DNA of 64,000 nt from Myxococcales bacterium (GCA_043747615.1 JAYTOU010000037.1:63270-127269), one strand, 5' to 3'. Shown: positions 27,562-38,888, numbered from the stretch's first letter. Numbers and translations are program-made. Notes: generated from the letters alone by a model not told the origin.

Positions 27562-28737
27562 TCAGCCGTTCGGGAATCGGAGGACGACCTTGGGATGCGT
27601 CTTGATACGCTGCTCGAACGTTCCGGGCTCGAAATCAGGGAGATCGGTGACGGTACCGACTCCTTTGTTCAAGATCACTTCCCACACTTTGTCGTGGATG
27701 TTCGGGTCGCGGTTTTCGAGAAGATGACGGGTGATGTGCCAGGTCTCGAAGATGCGCCGCCCGACCACGGAGTGAAGCGAGATGCCGTCGACGATGACCC
27801 GGTCGAACCCTTCGATGATCTGATCTCCGCTCTTCAAGCCGAAGAGGATGACGTCCCCTCCCCGGCGCACGCAGGCGATGGCGTTGTTGACCGACGACGG
27901 CTGTCCGCTCATCTCGAGTGCGACGTCGACGCCGACTCCATCGGTCAAGGAGCGCACCTCGCGGGCAAGCTCCGGGTCATGCGTGTAGGCTCCGGCCTCG
28001 AGATTCTTTGGGCTCAGAACGTGATCGGCGCCGAGCTCGCGGGCCATGTCCACGTGCGTGGGCATCGGCTCGACACCGATTACCTGACGAGCGCCGAGGG
28101 CCTTGGCCACCGCGACGGCGAAGAGGCCGATGGTGCCGCAGCCGATGATGGCCACGCGCTTGCCGCGCAAATTCACCTTGGTGCACGCGTGAACGGCGTT
28201 ACCGAAGGGCTCCTGGAGAGCGGCAACTTCCGGGCGAATGCGCCGCAGGTCGGTGCGCCACAGCGCGCGGGCAGGGAGCTTCACGTACTCCGCGAAGCAG
28301 CCGTCGGTCGAGATCCCGATGATCAAGTTGTCGGCGCACACGTGGGCGTCGCCGGTGCGGCACTGGTAGCAAGTCCCGCACACGATGTGACTCTCGGTGG
28401 AGACCACGTCGCCCGGCTGGTAGCCGAACTCGCGCGCAGCGGAGGAGCCCACGGAGACGACCTCCCCGAGGAGCTCGTGGCCCATGACACGGCGATTCAG
28501 GTGATCGCGATCGAGCCCCTCGGCGATCATGTCTCCGAACGCGCGACGGAACCAGATCCCGCGGTCGCTCCCGCAGAAGCCGGCGTAGCGGGTGCGGATC
28601 ATCACCATCCCGCTGTCGGTGTAGTTCTTGGCCTCGTCGAGCGTTGGCCGCTCCACTTCGGTTCGCCGCATGCCCGTGCTTTTTTCCCACGGATCGGTCG
28701 TCCGATCGTACGTGAGCGCCCACATCGAATCGCGCAT
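27562..28737 (-). CDS. tdh: L-threonine 3-dehydrogenase (Zn-dependent)
   Basis: [19 protein letters not shown]...[16 protein letters not shown]; adjacent to kbl. Confidence 0.88.
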   Translation of the reverse strand: MRDSMWALTYDRTTDPWEKSTGMRRTEVERPTLDEAKNYTDSGMVMIRTRYAGFCGSDRGIWFRRAFGDMIAEGLDRDHLNRRVMGHELLGEVVSVGSSAAREFGYQPGDVVSTESHIVCGTCYQCRTGDAHVCADNLIIGISTDGCFAEYVKLPARALWRTDLRRIRPEVAALQEPFGNAVHACTKVNLRGKRVAIIGCGTIGLFAVAVAKALGARQVIGVEPMPTHVDMARELGADHVLSPKNLEAGAYTHDPELAREVRSLTDGVGVDVALEMSGQPSSVNNAIACVRRGGDVILFGLKSGDQIIEGFDRVIVDGISLHSVVGRRIFETWHITRHLLENRDPNIHDKVWEVILNKGVGTVTDLPDFEPGTFEQRIKTHPKVVLRFPNG

Positions 28738-28757
28738 GACGCGCACGTTAGCAGGGA

Positions 28758-29888
28758 TCAGCGGAGATCGTCGACCACCGCAAGCATTGCCTCGAGGGTC
28801 TCAGCGCCGAGTTTTTTACATCGCTCGGGTGACCAGCCCACGCCGGGATCGGGGCGGTCGGCGCTGTCCTTGAACGGCATTTCGATCGTATATGACAGGC
28901 AGTCGAAGGCCTCACCGACGTAGTTGCCCGCGCAGCGCAGATCGCCTTTTCCGGGCGCGTCTTTGGGGTAGCCCTCCTCGACTTGGAAATCGTCGCTCGC
29001 CTCGAGCATCGCTGCGCTGAACGCGTCCTCGAGCTCTTCGATGCGACCGGTGTAGTGGGGGTTGCCTTCGGCGCCGGCGAGGAAGACGTGCGGCTGGTGC
29101 TCGTCGCCGTGGACGTCGAGAAAGAAGTCGACCCCCGTAGCGTAGAGCGCGCTTCGCACCGCAACGACCTCCGGACTCTTGTTCTCGTCAGCGTCCCACC
29201 ACATGCGGTTGAGGTCGAGGCCAGCGGCGTTGGTTCGGTGGTTGCCGAGCTCGGCGCCATCCGGGTTCATGCGCGGGACGACGTGCACGCTCGCGCGCCC
29301 AAGCAGCTCACGCACGACTTCGTCGTCGCCGTTCATGAGGCGCGTGATCACACCCTCTGCGAACCAGCCGCCCATCGGCTCTCCAGGGTGCTGGTGCGCA
29401 ATGATCCAGAGCTGGCGTGTGTCTTCGCGCACCTCACCGAAGTCGAGCACCGTCATGGGCTCGCGGCGCACGCTCGAGCCCAGGTTGCGAATACGCGCAG
29501 CTCCACTCGCCGCGGCGGCGCGCACGAGCTGCTGATGACGGAGCCGGGGGTACGGCGCAAAATAGGCGTACGTGACGTCGTCCTCTTCGGCGCGGTGAAT
29601 GATGCGAAGCTCCCCGCCGTCGAGCTCGGTGGGTGCGCGGAACCAGCGCAGACCGTCGTACGAGGCGCAGACTTCGTAGCCATCGAACGCGTCGGCGTAC
29701 GTGCAGTCGCCGGCGTTCATGATGCGGTACACGCGCTCTTCGCCGCCCGCGCGCGTGGAGCGAAACGCGAACCACTGGCGGTGGTCGCTTGCTGCGCTGT
29801 CCGGGAGGATCGCGAGCCGAATGTCACGCGGATCGCGCGCGGAGATGACCTCGATGCGGCCACCGTCGAAACGGGAATGGATCGGCAT
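28758..29888 (-). CDS. M14-type cytosolic carboxypeptidase (CCP/Nna1-like)
   Basis: SRFDGGRI and QWFAF N-domain; [32 protein letters not shown]. Confidence 0.9.
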   Translation of the reverse strand: MPIHSRFDGGRIEVISARDPRDIRLAILPDSAASDHRQWFAFRSTRAGGEERVYRIMNAGDCTYADAFDGYEVCASYDGLRWFRAPTELDGGELRIIHRAEEDDVTYAYFAPYPRLRHQQLVRAAAASGAARIRNLGSSVRREPMTVLDFGEVREDTRQLWIIAHQHPGEPMGGWFAEGVITRLMNGDDEVVRELLGRASVHVVPRMNPDGAELGNHRTNAAGLDLNRMWWDADENKSPEVVAVRSALYATGVDFFLDVHGDEHQPHVFLAGAEGNPHYTGRIEELEDAFSAAMLEASDDFQVEEGYPKDAPGKGDLRCAGNYVGEAFDCLSYTIEMPFKDSADRPDPGVGWSPERCKKLGAETLEAMLAVVDDLR

Positions 29889-29913
29889 GCGTTCTTTGCT
29901 CGACGAGACCGGA

Positions 29914-30717
29914 CTACAGCGAAAAGGTTACCTTCGCGGCCGACGTGTTTGGGTTCGGAACCCTCATTTCCAGTACGACGGCTGCAAGGCAATCGACGGC
30001 GTCGTTACCTTCCGGCCCAGGTGGCGCAATGCCCACCGCGAGGATCCGACCGCGCAGATCGGGAGAAGGGGAAAGAGTACCTTTGGGCTTCGGGTGTTTC
30101 GGGCGCATATGCGGCGGCGGTTTCTTCGGTGCCGTGCCGCGCACGACGTACGCGGTGGCCTTGAACGCCCCCTGCACCTGCCCTCGGCACGAGCGGATCT
30201 TCGCTTGCCGTTCGAGGAGCTGCGCGGCGATGCTGTCGGAGCCCCACGCTTCCTGAGCGGGGCTCCCAACCGGCGGGTCGAACTCGAAGCCGTTCTTCAC
30301 CTCGGCCTCGCCCCCTTCGGGCCGCGGCCACGCGATGCCCGTAGCTGCATGCATCATACATGCTTCGGCGTCGTGGTCTCCGAGGCTCGAGTCTTCGAGG
30401 TATGCGTACCGCGCCCTGCCATCTTCCCCAATCCGGAGAACGAGCTTCACCGCTCCCCCGAGATAACGAATGCGCTTGAGACCGTCGATGTGACACTGCT
30501 GGAGCGCAGGGAGAAGCTGGTTGAAGGTCTTGGTCACGGCGCCGGGATCGATCGATCCGAGCTGCCCTCCGACGCGCATTTGCGGGGCAGCCGGCTGAGG
30601 GGGCGGGCTAGGCGCAGCGGCTTGTGGCGGCGCTTCCACGTGGTGCGCGGGGCCTCCACAACCAACCGAGACCAACGCGAGAAGAAGGCGCAGCGCGATC
30701 GCCTCCCGCTCGGTCAC
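29914..30717 (-). CDS. AgmX/PglI C-terminal (TonB-C-like) domain lipoprotein
   Basis: GTG start in GTGA overlap with menF stop; SVGC lipobox; LQQCH...[13 protein letters not shown]...AC...WPRP pattern with a degenerate second copy. Confidence 0.7.
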   Translation of the reverse strand: MTEREAIALRLLLALVSVGCGGPAHHVEAPPQAAAPSPPPQPAAPQMRVGGQLGSIDPGAVTKTFNQLLPALQQCHIDGLKRIRYLGGAVKLVLRIGEDGRARYAYLEDSSLGDHDAEACMMHAATGIAWPRPEGGEAEVKNGFEFDPPVGSPAQEAWGSDSIAAQLLERQAKIRSCRGQVQGAFKATAYVVRGTAPKKPPPHMRPKHPKPKGTLSPSPDLRGRILAVGIAPPGPEGNDAVDCLAAVVLEMRVPNPNTSAAKVTFSL

Positions 30718-32153
30718 CGCCCGGGGTACTCGGACGGTCTCGGTTCGACGCCGAGAGCGCGAAGAAACGGTCCTTGCTTGAGCGAGGTCTCGGCGTACTC
30801 CGCGCCGGCATCGGAGTTGAGCACGATGCCCGCTCCCGTGAATACAAAGGCCATCTTGTCGCGCAGAACACCGGCGCGGATGGCCACAGCAAACGAGCCG
30901 TCGCCTTTGGCGTCGACCCAACCGACGGTGCCCGTGTACCAGCCGCGGGGAGCGATCTCGTGCGCCGCAATCCACTCCGCTGCCTCACGCGTGGGGGCTC
31001 CCCCGACGGCCGGCGTGGGGTGCAGCGCCATGAGAATGTCGATCACGTGCGTTTGCGGCTGCAACGTGGCGGAGATCGCCGTGTTGAGGTGAAGGATGTT
31101 CCGGACCTTGCGGATCTGCGGATGCTTGTGGGCAATGATCTCTTTTGCAAGAGGAGCCAAGCTTTCGCGAATTTCGCGGACGACGAAGGCGTGCTCGCTG
31201 AGATCCTTCTCGCTGTTGAGGAGGCGCGTGGACTGCCCCTCGAGACGGGGAACGTCCGAGCCGAGGGATTTAATCGTGCCCGCGAGTGCTTCGGTGACGA
31301 GCTCCACGCCCAGCTTCGTGAAGAGCGTCTCCGGGGATGCGCCGAGGAACGTGGCGTTGCCGCGGCGAAACGAGAAGCGAATGCAGCCCGGTTCGGCGGC
31401 GAGGCGCGTGACGACGTCCACGTCATCGATGGGATCCTCGAGGGTCACGTCACCCCGCCGCGCGGCCACGATCTTTTCGAACCGATCGCTGCCGATGGCG
31501 GCACGAATCGCGTCGATGTGACGGGTCCACGTGGCGAGATCGAGCTGGGCGATGCTCGTCGAGAGGATTGATCGCGCGGGCGGCGCAGCGGCTGTCGTGC
31601 CAGCAGCGGACGAGAGCGCCTCGAGAATGCTATCGAGCTCTTCCATCATCCCGAGCCGAGCGCGGATGGACAAGTCGGCATCGGCTGGCGTCGCGAAGCT
31701 GAGAAACGCGGACTTCATATCTGCGCTCCGCGCGTAGACCCATCGGCCCATCGCCAGCGACGCGTCGGGGAAGCCTTCCCACGGCACACCGGAGAAGCCG
31801 GGCGCGAACGAAACTCCTCCGAACAGGCGCGGCGGTGGCGGCGCGATAACCGGCTGCACGTAGACCCGCAAGGAATCAAACAGCGCGCTCGTCTTCTCGC
31901 GAAGATCGCGGAGCCTCGACGGTCCCTCGAAATTCAGGACGACCGCTGCACCGGTGGCAGCGAACGTCGCTCCGTTCGGGGGGTGCCAAAGCATGCTCAT
32001 TTCGCGCGGGGTTGCGCGCAGAAACGCCTCGAGCGGCGCGACGGGCGCGGCCACCGTGATGACGCCGAGCCCTGATTTTCCCTCTAGGTCGGTGAGCGAG
32101 CGCGCGAAGAAGGTATGAAGCGCGTCGTCGTCGTTCAGGTCGTCGGCGGACAC
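30714..32153 (-). CDS. menF: Isochorismate synthase
   Basis: [48 protein letters not shown]; start uncertain (32153 GTG, 32162 ATG or 32219). Confidence 0.92.
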   Translation of the reverse strand: MSADDLNDDDALHTFFARSLTDLEGKSGLGVITVAAPVAPLEAFLRATPREMSMLWHPPNGATFAATGAAVVLNFEGPSRLRDLREKTSALFDSLRVYVQPVIAPPPPRLFGGVSFAPGFSGVPWEGFPDASLAMGRWVYARSADMKSAFLSFATPADADLSIRARLGMMEELDSILEALSSAAGTTAAAPPARSILSTSIAQLDLATWTRHIDAIRAAIGSDRFEKIVAARRGDVTLEDPIDDVDVVTRLAAEPGCIRFSFRRGNATFLGASPETLFTKLGVELVTEALAGTIKSLGSDVPRLEGQSTRLLNSEKDLSEHAFVVREIRESLAPLAKEIIAHKHPQIRKVRNILHLNTAISATLQPQTHVIDILMALHPTPAVGGAPTREAAEWIAAHEIAPRGWYTGTVGWVDAKGDGSFAVAIRAGVLRDKMAFVFTGAGIVLNSDAGAEYAETSLKQGPFLRALGVEPRPSEYPGR

Positions 32154-32160
32154 GTGCCCC

Positions 32161-32189
32161 ATCGTCTGCGCCGCTCCGGGGACTGTCAA
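32161..32189 (-). promoter_or_regulatory. Sigma-70-type promoter for menF
   Basis: TTGACA-N17-GACGAT on the minus strand, 7 nt before GTG 32153. Confidence 0.45.
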
Positions 32190-32261
32190 GGCCGCGCGCA
32201 TTTCGCGCGTTGTCACCACTTACGCAACCACGTCTACCTCGAAACACTCTACCATTTTGGA

Positions 32262-33149
32262 ATGGCGATCTTCAAAAGCGAGCGGTGGGTCAAAGTCGAA
32301 GGCTTCGAGCTTCAAGACATGACGTACCACCGCGCAATCGACCAGGGCACTGTCCGCATTGCCTTCAATCGCCCCGAAGTCCGCAACGCCTTCCGTCCGC
32401 AAACCACGGATGAGCTCTTTCGAACGCTCGAGCACGCCGGAAACCTGACCGATGTCGGCTGCGTGATCATCACCGGCAATGGTCCCTCCCCAAAGGACGG
32501 CGGGTGGGCATTTTGCTCCGGCGGCGATCAGCGAATCCGCGGCAAGGACGGCTACCAATACGTCGGCGCCGAGGGCGCTCCGGCCGGCAAGCTTGGACAT
32601 CTGCGCATCCTCGAGGTGCAGCGCCTCATTCGATTCATGCCTAAAGTGGTGATGGCGGTCGTGCCCGGATGGGCGGTGGGCGGCGGCCACAGCCTGCACG
32701 TGATCTGCGATCTCACGCTTGCGAGCAAGGAGCACGCGATCTTCAAGCAGACCGATCCCGACGTCGCGAGCTTCGACAGCGGCTACGGCTCCGCATTGCT
32801 CGCCCGGCAGGTCGGGCAAAAAAAGGCGCGCGAGATTTTTTTCGTCGGACGCAACTACTCTGCGCAGGAGGCGTTCGTCATGGGCATGGTCAACGCCGTC
32901 GTGGAGCACGAGAGGCTCGAAGACGTTGCGCTCGAGTGGGGCGCGGAGATCAACGGCAAGAGCCCCACGGCCATGAAGATGCTGAAGTACGGCTTCAACC
33001 TCCCCGATGACGGCATGGTGGGCCAGCAGCTCTTCGCCGGCGAGGCCACGCGGCTTGCGTACGGAACGGACGAAGCCACCGAGGGGCGCGACGCTTTTCT
33101 CCAAAAACGGAAGCCAAACTTCAAGAAGTTTCCCTGGCGTGCCGGCTGA
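32262..33149 (+). CDS. menB: 1,4-dihydroxy-2-naphthoyl-CoA synthase
   Basis: FNRPEVRNAFRPQT, FCSGGDQ, ILEVQRLIRFMPK, GGGHSLH, SFDSGYG, EGRDAF. Confidence 0.96.
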   Translation: MAIFKSERWVKVEGFELQDMTYHRAIDQGTVRIAFNRPEVRNAFRPQTTDELFRTLEHAGNLTDVGCVIITGNGPSPKDGGWAFCSGGDQRIRGKDGYQYVGAEGAPAGKLGHLRILEVQRLIRFMPKVVMAVVPGWAVGGGHSLHVICDLTLASKEHAIFKQTDPDVASFDSGYGSALLARQVGQKKAREIFFVGRNYSAQEAFVMGMVNAVVEHERLEDVALEWGAEINGKSPTAMKMLKYGFNLPDDGMVGQQLFAGEATRLAYGTDEATEGRDAFLQKRKPNFKKFPWRAG

Positions 33150-33180
33150 GCGCGCTTCTTCGATTCCTGGACTGCTCGCC

Positions 33181-35109
33181 GTGAACGAACTCGCTCTGTC
33201 GATCCGCGCCGCCGCGCAGGAGCGACCAGACGGTATTGCGATCATCACCGCGGCGGAGACGCTGACCTTCGCGGAGGTGTACGCGCGAACGCGTCGCGTC
33301 CTTTTGACGCTCGATGGACCAAAGACGCCGGTCGCGATCGTGGCGTCGCTGCGCGTGGAGACAGTGCTCGCGATCTACGCGCTTCTGGAGCTCGGTCGAC
33401 CGATCGTGCTCATTCATCCTCGTCTTACGGATGCCGAGCGCGCGCCGCTCATCAAGGATTCGGGCGCCACCCTTCTTTTGGATGAGCGGTGGACGGTGCC
33501 CCCGCCCGCGGAAGCTGCGTCCGCAAGCGTTTCGAGTGTGACGCGGGGCCGCGAGGAGAAGGCGCTCGCGGTTCTCTTCACCACGGGCTCGAGCGGAACG
33601 CCCAAGGGAGTCGAGCTTAGCCGAAGCGCATTTCTCGCTGCCGCAGCGGCAAGTGCGGAGAACCTCGGATGGCAGCAAAACGACCGGTGGCTTCTTTGCA
33701 TGCCGCTCGCTCACGTTGGCGGTCTCTCGGTCGTCGTGCGTTGCCTCGCCGCGCGGGCGACCGTCGTGCTCTCGCCATGGACGGGATCGATCCCCACGCT
33801 CCTCGATGACGTCGAAAAATTCGAAGTCACGTTGCTGTCGCTCGTTCCGACGATGCTCGGTCGCGTGCTCGGAGAGTCGCCGGGCTACCGTTTTCCGCCG
33901 AGGGTCCGGGCGGTGCTCCTCGGTGGTGATGCAGCCAGTCCTGCTCTTCTTGCCGCAGCGGCCGCGAGCGGAGCACCCGTCATCACGACGTATGGGATGA
34001 CGGAGGCGTGCTCGCAAGTGGCTACGCTCTCTCCCGGCGAGTCGGCGCTCCCCGAGAACGGCGTGGGCAAGCCACTGCCCGGCACCGAGGTGCGGATCAC
34101 GGATGGCGAGATCCAGGTTCGCGGAGCAACGCTGCTCACGCGATACTTGCCGGTCGGGCGCTGGCCCTCGCCGATCGACGAAGACGGCTGGTTGAAGACG
34201 GGAGATCTCGGTCATCTCGATGCGCGCGGACATCTCCACGTGACGGGGCGTCGCTCGGATCTGATCATCACCGGAGGCGAAAACGTCGACCCGCGGGAGA
34301 TCGAAATTGCTCTCGTCCGGTGCGCGGGCGTCCGCGAAGCATGCGTCTTCGGCGTTCCCGACGAGCGCTGGGGGCAGATCGTGTGCGCCGCGGTGGTTCT
34401 CGAAGAAGGCGCGCCGGCGTCGATGGCCTCGATTGCAGCGCACGTGCAGCAAGTGCTCGCATCGCACAAGCGGCCGCGAAAAATAGCGGTGTGTCCGGCG
34501 CTTCTACTCAATTCGACGGGCAAGCTCGATCGTCGGGCCACGGTTGCAAGCGTGCTGCCTGCGCTGGTCCCGCTGGCGAGCGGCAGTCCTGGGGAAAGAC
34601 GATCCCCCTGGCATGGCCAGTCATCGCTGAGCACGTTGGCGACGATGCTGGACCGCGAAGTCCTGCTCCATGGCGCTCCGGCCTTCGTACATAACGCACG
34701 CGTCCGCTTCGTCGACGCGGTCGCCGGCGGGCACCTCTTTTACCCCAAGATGCTCGAGCTGTTTCACGACGCCTTCGAAGCGCTCTTCGAGGCAAACCGC
34801 GTTCCGCTCGATCAGCTGCTCCGCGACCAAACGTGGGGCTCGCCACTCGTTCACGCAGACGTGGAGTTCCTCACGGAGCTTCCGAAGCACGGCACGTCCC
34901 TCCAGATCGTGGTGACCGCTGCTGCCACCCAAAAAAACCGGGTGACGTTCGGGTACCGCGCGGTCGACGCGACGACGGGCCACGCTCTAGCGATCGGGCG
35001 AACCGTTCACGCCTTCGTCGAGATGGCCACGCTCCAGAAGATCGAGCTACCGGAACGGGTCCTCGGTCTCCTCTCTCGGTTCCCCGAGGGCACGGTCGTT
35101 CGAGAGTGA
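33181..35109 (+). CDS. menE: o-succinylbenzoate-CoA ligase with in-frame C-terminal hot-dog thioesterase domain
   Basis: TTGSSGTPKG, PLAHVGG, SLVPT, YGMTE, TGDLG, GGENV, TGK; then VRFVDAV...FYP...PLVHADVEF thioesterase-like domain from about 34645. Confidence 0.85.
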   Translation: MNELALSIRAAAQERPDGIAIITAAETLTFAEVYARTRRVLLTLDGPKTPVAIVASLRVETVLAIYALLELGRPIVLIHPRLTDAERAPLIKDSGATLLLDERWTVPPPAEAASASVSSVTRGREEKALAVLFTTGSSGTPKGVELSRSAFLAAAAASAENLGWQQNDRWLLCMPLAHVGGLSVVVRCLAARATVVLSPWTGSIPTLLDDVEKFEVTLLSLVPTMLGRVLGESPGYRFPPRVRAVLLGGDAASPALLAAAAASGAPVITTYGMTEACSQVATLSPGESALPENGVGKPLPGTEVRITDGEIQVRGATLLTRYLPVGRWPSPIDEDGWLKTGDLGHLDARGHLHVTGRRSDLIITGGENVDPREIEIALVRCAGVREACVFGVPDERWGQIVCAAVVLEEGAPASMASIAAHVQQVLASHKRPRKIAVCPALLLNSTGKLDRRATVASVLPALVPLASGSPGERRSPWHGQSSLSTLATMLDREVLLHGAPAFVHNARVRFVDAVAGGHLFYPKMLELFHDAFEALFEANRVPLDQLLRDQTWGSPLVHADVEFLTELPKHGTSLQIVVTAAATQKNRVTFGYRAVDATTGHALAIGRTVHAFVEMATLQKIELPERVLGLLSRFPEGTVVRE

Positions 35110-35119
35110 CGTCGCGCGC

Positions 35120-35836
35120 CTAGAACTTCTCGGTGCTCGGGCGGACGTCGATCTCCAACGTCCACACGGTGGGATCCTGAACGTGAAGCTGCCAATACGT
35201 TTCGGCGAGGCCGGCGACGGAGAGGAACGTGTGGGTCTCGCGATCGGGGAAGAGCGACCGAACGTACGGAGTGTCGATCTGCCCGTCGATGACCACGTGA
35301 GCGGCGTGGATGCCCTGTGAGCCGAACTCGCGGGCGATCGACTGCGAAAGCGCCCGAAGAGCAAACTTGCCGGTCGCCGTCGGCGCAAACTTGGCACTGC
35401 CGCGGATCGATGCCGTTGCGCCCGTGAAGAGGATTGTCCCACGCTTGGCCTTGACCATGTCGGGCAACACTTGCTGCGCGGCGAGGTAGCCCCCCATGCA
35501 GTTGATCTTGAAGCACTCCAGGAATTTCTCCGGGCTCACCTCGAGGATGCCGCCCATCTGGAACATGCCAGCGTGGTAGATGAGCACCTCGGGCGCTCCG
35601 AGCTTCTCTTTGATCTGCTTGAACGCAGCGGCGACCGAGGACGGATCGCCTGCATCGGTCGAGACAGCGAACGCCTTGCCGCCCGCCTTTTCGATTTCCT
35701 CCTGAGCCGATTTAATGACTTCGGGTTTGCGAGCCAACAACCCGACGGCGTAGCCCCCGCGCGCGAAGCGACGAGCTAGTGCGATCCCCAGGCCGGGACC
35801 AACACCCACGACGACTGCCACTTTCTGATCGGCCAT
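35120..35836 (-). CDS. SDR family oxidoreductase
   Basis: VGVGPGLG, GTILFTGATAS, KFALRALSQS, HVVIDG; own GGAG RBS before ATG 35836; in frame with the upstream GST-like ORF. Confidence 0.9.
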   Translation of the reverse strand: MADQKVAVVVGVGPGLGIALARRFARGGYAVGLLARKPEVIKSAQEEIEKAGGKAFAVSTDAGDPSSVAAAFKQIKEKLGAPEVLIYHAGMFQMGGILEVSPEKFLECFKINCMGGYLAAQQVLPDMVKAKRGTILFTGATASIRGSAKFAPTATGKFALRALSQSIAREFGSQGIHAAHVVIDGQIDTPYVRSLFPDRETHTFLSVAGLAETYWQLHVQDPTVWTLEIDVRPSTEKF

Positions 35837-36721
35837 TTTGTCTCCAATTTTTTTCGGTAGCGCGCGCGCGCCCTCGGACAGCTCGGTCGCGCCTTGTAGT
35901 AACGCTTTCGGGCTTTCTGATGACGCGCTCGGGAAAGTGTCGTCGTTGAAGTCCATCGGCAGCTTCAAGTACGTGCGGTAGATGAAGTCGCGGTGCTCAA
36001 AAAGAATGGGCGACAGAGCGGCTCGTACGAAGGGGCCAAAGCTCGAATAGCCCTCGCGGAAGGCCGGCATCATCGGGCACAGCTCAGGCGAGAGCGGGCC
36101 CACCACGGCCGCGAATGACGCCCAATAGATGTCCAGTGCGGAGAGCTGATTGCCAATGAAAAACTGACTACCGCTCGCGTGCTGCGCCTGGAGCCTGGTC
36201 ACGAAGAGACGCAGAATCGCCGCGACGCGCGACGGGGCAGCTTCGCCAGCGGCCGGCGTGTAGCCGTATTTCTTGGCGCCGTAGACCATGAAGGCGCGCT
36301 GAGCCTCGGGCGCGTTCGGATTGGTGAGGATCCGATGGATCATCATCAGGCGTCTGCACCAGCCGAGGCCGTTCTCTCCGCAGAGCTCGTTCGCATATCC
36401 GAACAGAATCGCGCGGTCCTCCGGCTTCGTCGGAATGACAGACGGATACGGCGCAAGCCGCTCGAGCAGAAAGAGCTGCTCGTTCCACGTCGAACGCGGC
36501 CGCTCGTCGTTCCAGATGATGGTCGGCGCCGAAGTCTGCGCGGTCCACGCCTTGAGCGGCAGGTTCTCGCCGCCGCGCTCGAGACGACCGGCTGCGAAGG
36601 AGAGCCCTTTGACGTAACAAAGATTCTTCGCTGCTTCCCCCCACGGACCAGGCAATCCAGGATTGAGGACGATCCTCAGACCGGACATTTTTTTCAGCTC
36701 GTCTACGTCGATGTACTCCAT
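35837..36721 (-). CDS. Glutathione S-transferase-like protein, reading through without a stop into the SDR
   Basis: PGPWGEAAK, QTSAP, FFIGNQLSALDIYWA (GST C-terminal cap-like); no stop codon before the SDR start. Confidence 0.65.
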
Positions 36722-36869
36722 GTCGAGCCGCTCCTGACCGCAGACGAAGCGATGGGGGCGCACTCTATCTTATCGGGTTCCACGGTCAACGACCGGCGCG
36801 GAGTCGCGATAGAGGCGCGACTTGCTCTCTCGTTCCGTTGTTGGCACCCTAATTTTGGAGGAAAAGATC

Positions 36870-37343
36870 ATGGCCGAACTCGAACGTCCGCTCGACCCGG
36901 AGCGCGACCGATGGTTCCTTGGAACGCTCGATAGCCTCGTCGCAAAGGCGGCAGAAACGGGCGGCGCCTACGGCGTGATCATGCGCATCGCGCCAAAGGA
37001 CTTCACCCCTCCCCTTCATCAGCACTCCCGCGAAGACACCGGCATCTTGGTGCTCGATGGCCGACTTACGGTGCGCATCGGCGACGAAGAGGTCGTGCTA
37101 GGCCCGAACGAATTTCGCTTCGCACCTCGTGGCGTCAAACATTGGTTCCGGGTGGAGACAGAAACGGCCCGCTTCCTTGAGATTGTTAGCCCTGGCGGCT
37201 TCGAGGGGTTTCACTACGCGGTAAGTGTTCCTGCGGAGCGCTTCCAGATCCCCCCTTCGGATCTGGCGAAGCCGAACATGGAGGAGCTCGGCGCCGCGTC
37301 GAAGCGCTTCGGAACTACCCTCTTCAAGCCCGAGCCCAAGTAA
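36870..37343 (+). CDS. Cupin domain protein (quercetin dioxygenase-like)
   Basis: PPLHQHSRED, PRGVKH, PGGFEGF; GGAGG RBS. Confidence 0.85.
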   Translation: MAELERPLDPERDRWFLGTLDSLVAKAAETGGAYGVIMRIAPKDFTPPLHQHSREDTGILVLDGRLTVRIGDEEVVLGPNEFRFAPRGVKHWFRVETETARFLEIVSPGGFEGFHYAVSVPAERFQIPPSDLAKPNMEELGAASKRFGTTLFKPEPK

Positions 37344-37361
37344 CGCACCCGAGCAGCGTCA

Positions 37362-37763
37362 CTAAGGCGACGTGAGCGGAAGCTCGACGGCGGCGTCTGT
37401 CGTGTGCACGAGCGTTCCGATTGCCACGACCTCTCCGATCGTCGTGACGATCCGAAAGCCGATGGTCGCCTGACCGCCAGAGAAGGCGCTCGATACGATC
37501 AAAACATCTGCGTGATCACCCGCTCGAAGCGGCCGGAGATAATCGGCCTCGGTGGAAATGATGCGCGACGTTGGCCGGGTCGTGTACTCCGCGATCTTCT
37601 CTGAGCGCCCACGACGGAGCTCGACGTACGCCTGGTGAAAAAAGGCGCACGTGCGCGCGAAGAAGACGAGCCCTGCGGCGTCGACGTCCGCGAACGTCAC
37701 CTGAATGCGGTGAGTGAAGCGCGGCGTCGCCGTCAAAAGGTCTTGGCGAAGCGAAGGGGTCAC
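37362..37763 (-). CDS. Hot-dog acyl-CoA thioesterase, probable DHNA-CoA thioesterase
   Basis: VTFADVDAAGLVFF, EADYLRPLRAGD; directly downstream of menC. Confidence 0.75.
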   Translation of the reverse strand: MTPSLRQDLLTATPRFTHRIQVTFADVDAAGLVFFARTCAFFHQAYVELRRGRSEKIAEYTTRPTSRIISTEADYLRPLRAGDHADVLIVSSAFSGGQATIGFRIVTTIGEVVAIGTLVHTTDAAVELPLTSP

Positions 37764-37796
37764 GGCGCTGAGCAGACCTTACTTAGATTGGGAGTG

Positions 37797-38888
37797 TCAA
37801 CGCGCACGCATGCCGAGGCCGGGTCCCCGAAAAGGATCGATCCGTGCAACACCTATCGGGTGATCATCGGGCAGGTCGATGTAGGCACGGACGTCGAGGC
37901 CAGCCGCATGGGTGCGAGACCCGTACGCGAGAGCGAACGCCGCAGCTGCCGCCGTTGCGATCGGTCCCTCGAACATGTGAGTCACGATCAGGGGTACGTT
38001 CGCCTTCGCCGCGTGTCTGGCCATCGCGGCGCCGGCGAGAAAGCCACCGGCGATCGAGAGCTTGATCACGAGCGCGTCACACCGCCGGTCTTGGATGAGC
38101 GTCGCAAACCGGCGCGCGCCTTCGACCCCGACGCCGCTTTCGTCGAGGGCGACTGGCACGGGTGATCGCCCCATGGCGAGCCAGTCATCGCCGCCAACCG
38201 GCTCTTCGACGAGCTCGGGATCGACGGAGGCGAACGCAGCGAGCGCTGCCTGCGCTTCATCGGTCTTCCAAGCGCCGTTCGCGTCGAGCCGCAGACGAAA
38301 CGCAGCACCGCCCGCACGCCGCGCAGCGACCGCCGCATCGAGCTCCGCCGCCATCGCGCCCGGGCGGCCCACTTTCAGCTTTCCCGTATGGATCCCCCGG
38401 GCGAGAGCATCTCGAACCGCCGTTGCAATCTCAGCCGGGTCATCTCCGACGAGGAGCGCGGAGATGGAAACGGGATCGACCGCCGCGGTGCCTCCCAACT
38501 GCCGCCAAAGCGGCTCGCCGCGCAGACGCGCTCGGAGATCGAGCACCGCGGTCTCGACCGCAAAGCGTGCGGAAGGAACGAAGAGGCCGAGCTCTGCGAA
38601 CACATGTTCTAGCGCCTTCTCCGCGTCGCCTTCGAGCGGAAGAACCGTGGAACGGAGCACGTCACGCGCTCGATCGAGATCCCGGCTCACGTCGGTCAGC
38701 GACTCCGCGGAGAACCCCGGCAGCGGTGACGCCTCGCCATATCCCACCGCGCCGCCGGCACACACGCGCACGACCGTTCCTTCCCGCGACGTCCACGAGG
38801 CCTTCGAGTTCGCTACCTTGCGGCGCAGCTCGAAGCGCAAAGGCTCGAATGTGACCTCGTCGAGCGGCACGGCGATCGCCACGGTCAT
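37797..38888 (-). CDS. menC: o-succinylbenzoate synthase
   Basis: GEASPLPGFS, KLKVG, LDANG, EEP, LDES; ATGA overlap with menH. Confidence 0.9.
   Translation of the reverse strand: MTVAIAVPLDEVTFEPLRFELRRKVANSKASWTSREGTVVRVCAGGAVGYGEASPLPGFSAESLTDVSRDLDRARDVLRSTVLPLEGDAEKALEHVFAELGLFVPSARFAVETAVLDLRARLRGEPLWRQLGGTAAVDPVSISALLVGDDPAEIATAVRDALARGIHTGKLKVGRPGAMAAELDAAVAARRAGGAAFRLRLDANGAWKTDEAQAALAAFASVDPELVEEPVGGDDWLAMGRSPVPVALDESGVGVEGARRFATLIQDRRCDALVIKLSIAGGFLAGAAMARHAAKANVPLIVTHMFEGPIATAAAAAFALAYGSRTHAAGLDVRAYIDLPDDHPIGVARIDPFRGPGLGMRAR

Noticed and set aside
35110..37796. Mobile element or genomic island within the men cluster
   Set aside because: No integrase, transposase, terminal repeats or target duplication found; kept only as a possible insertion
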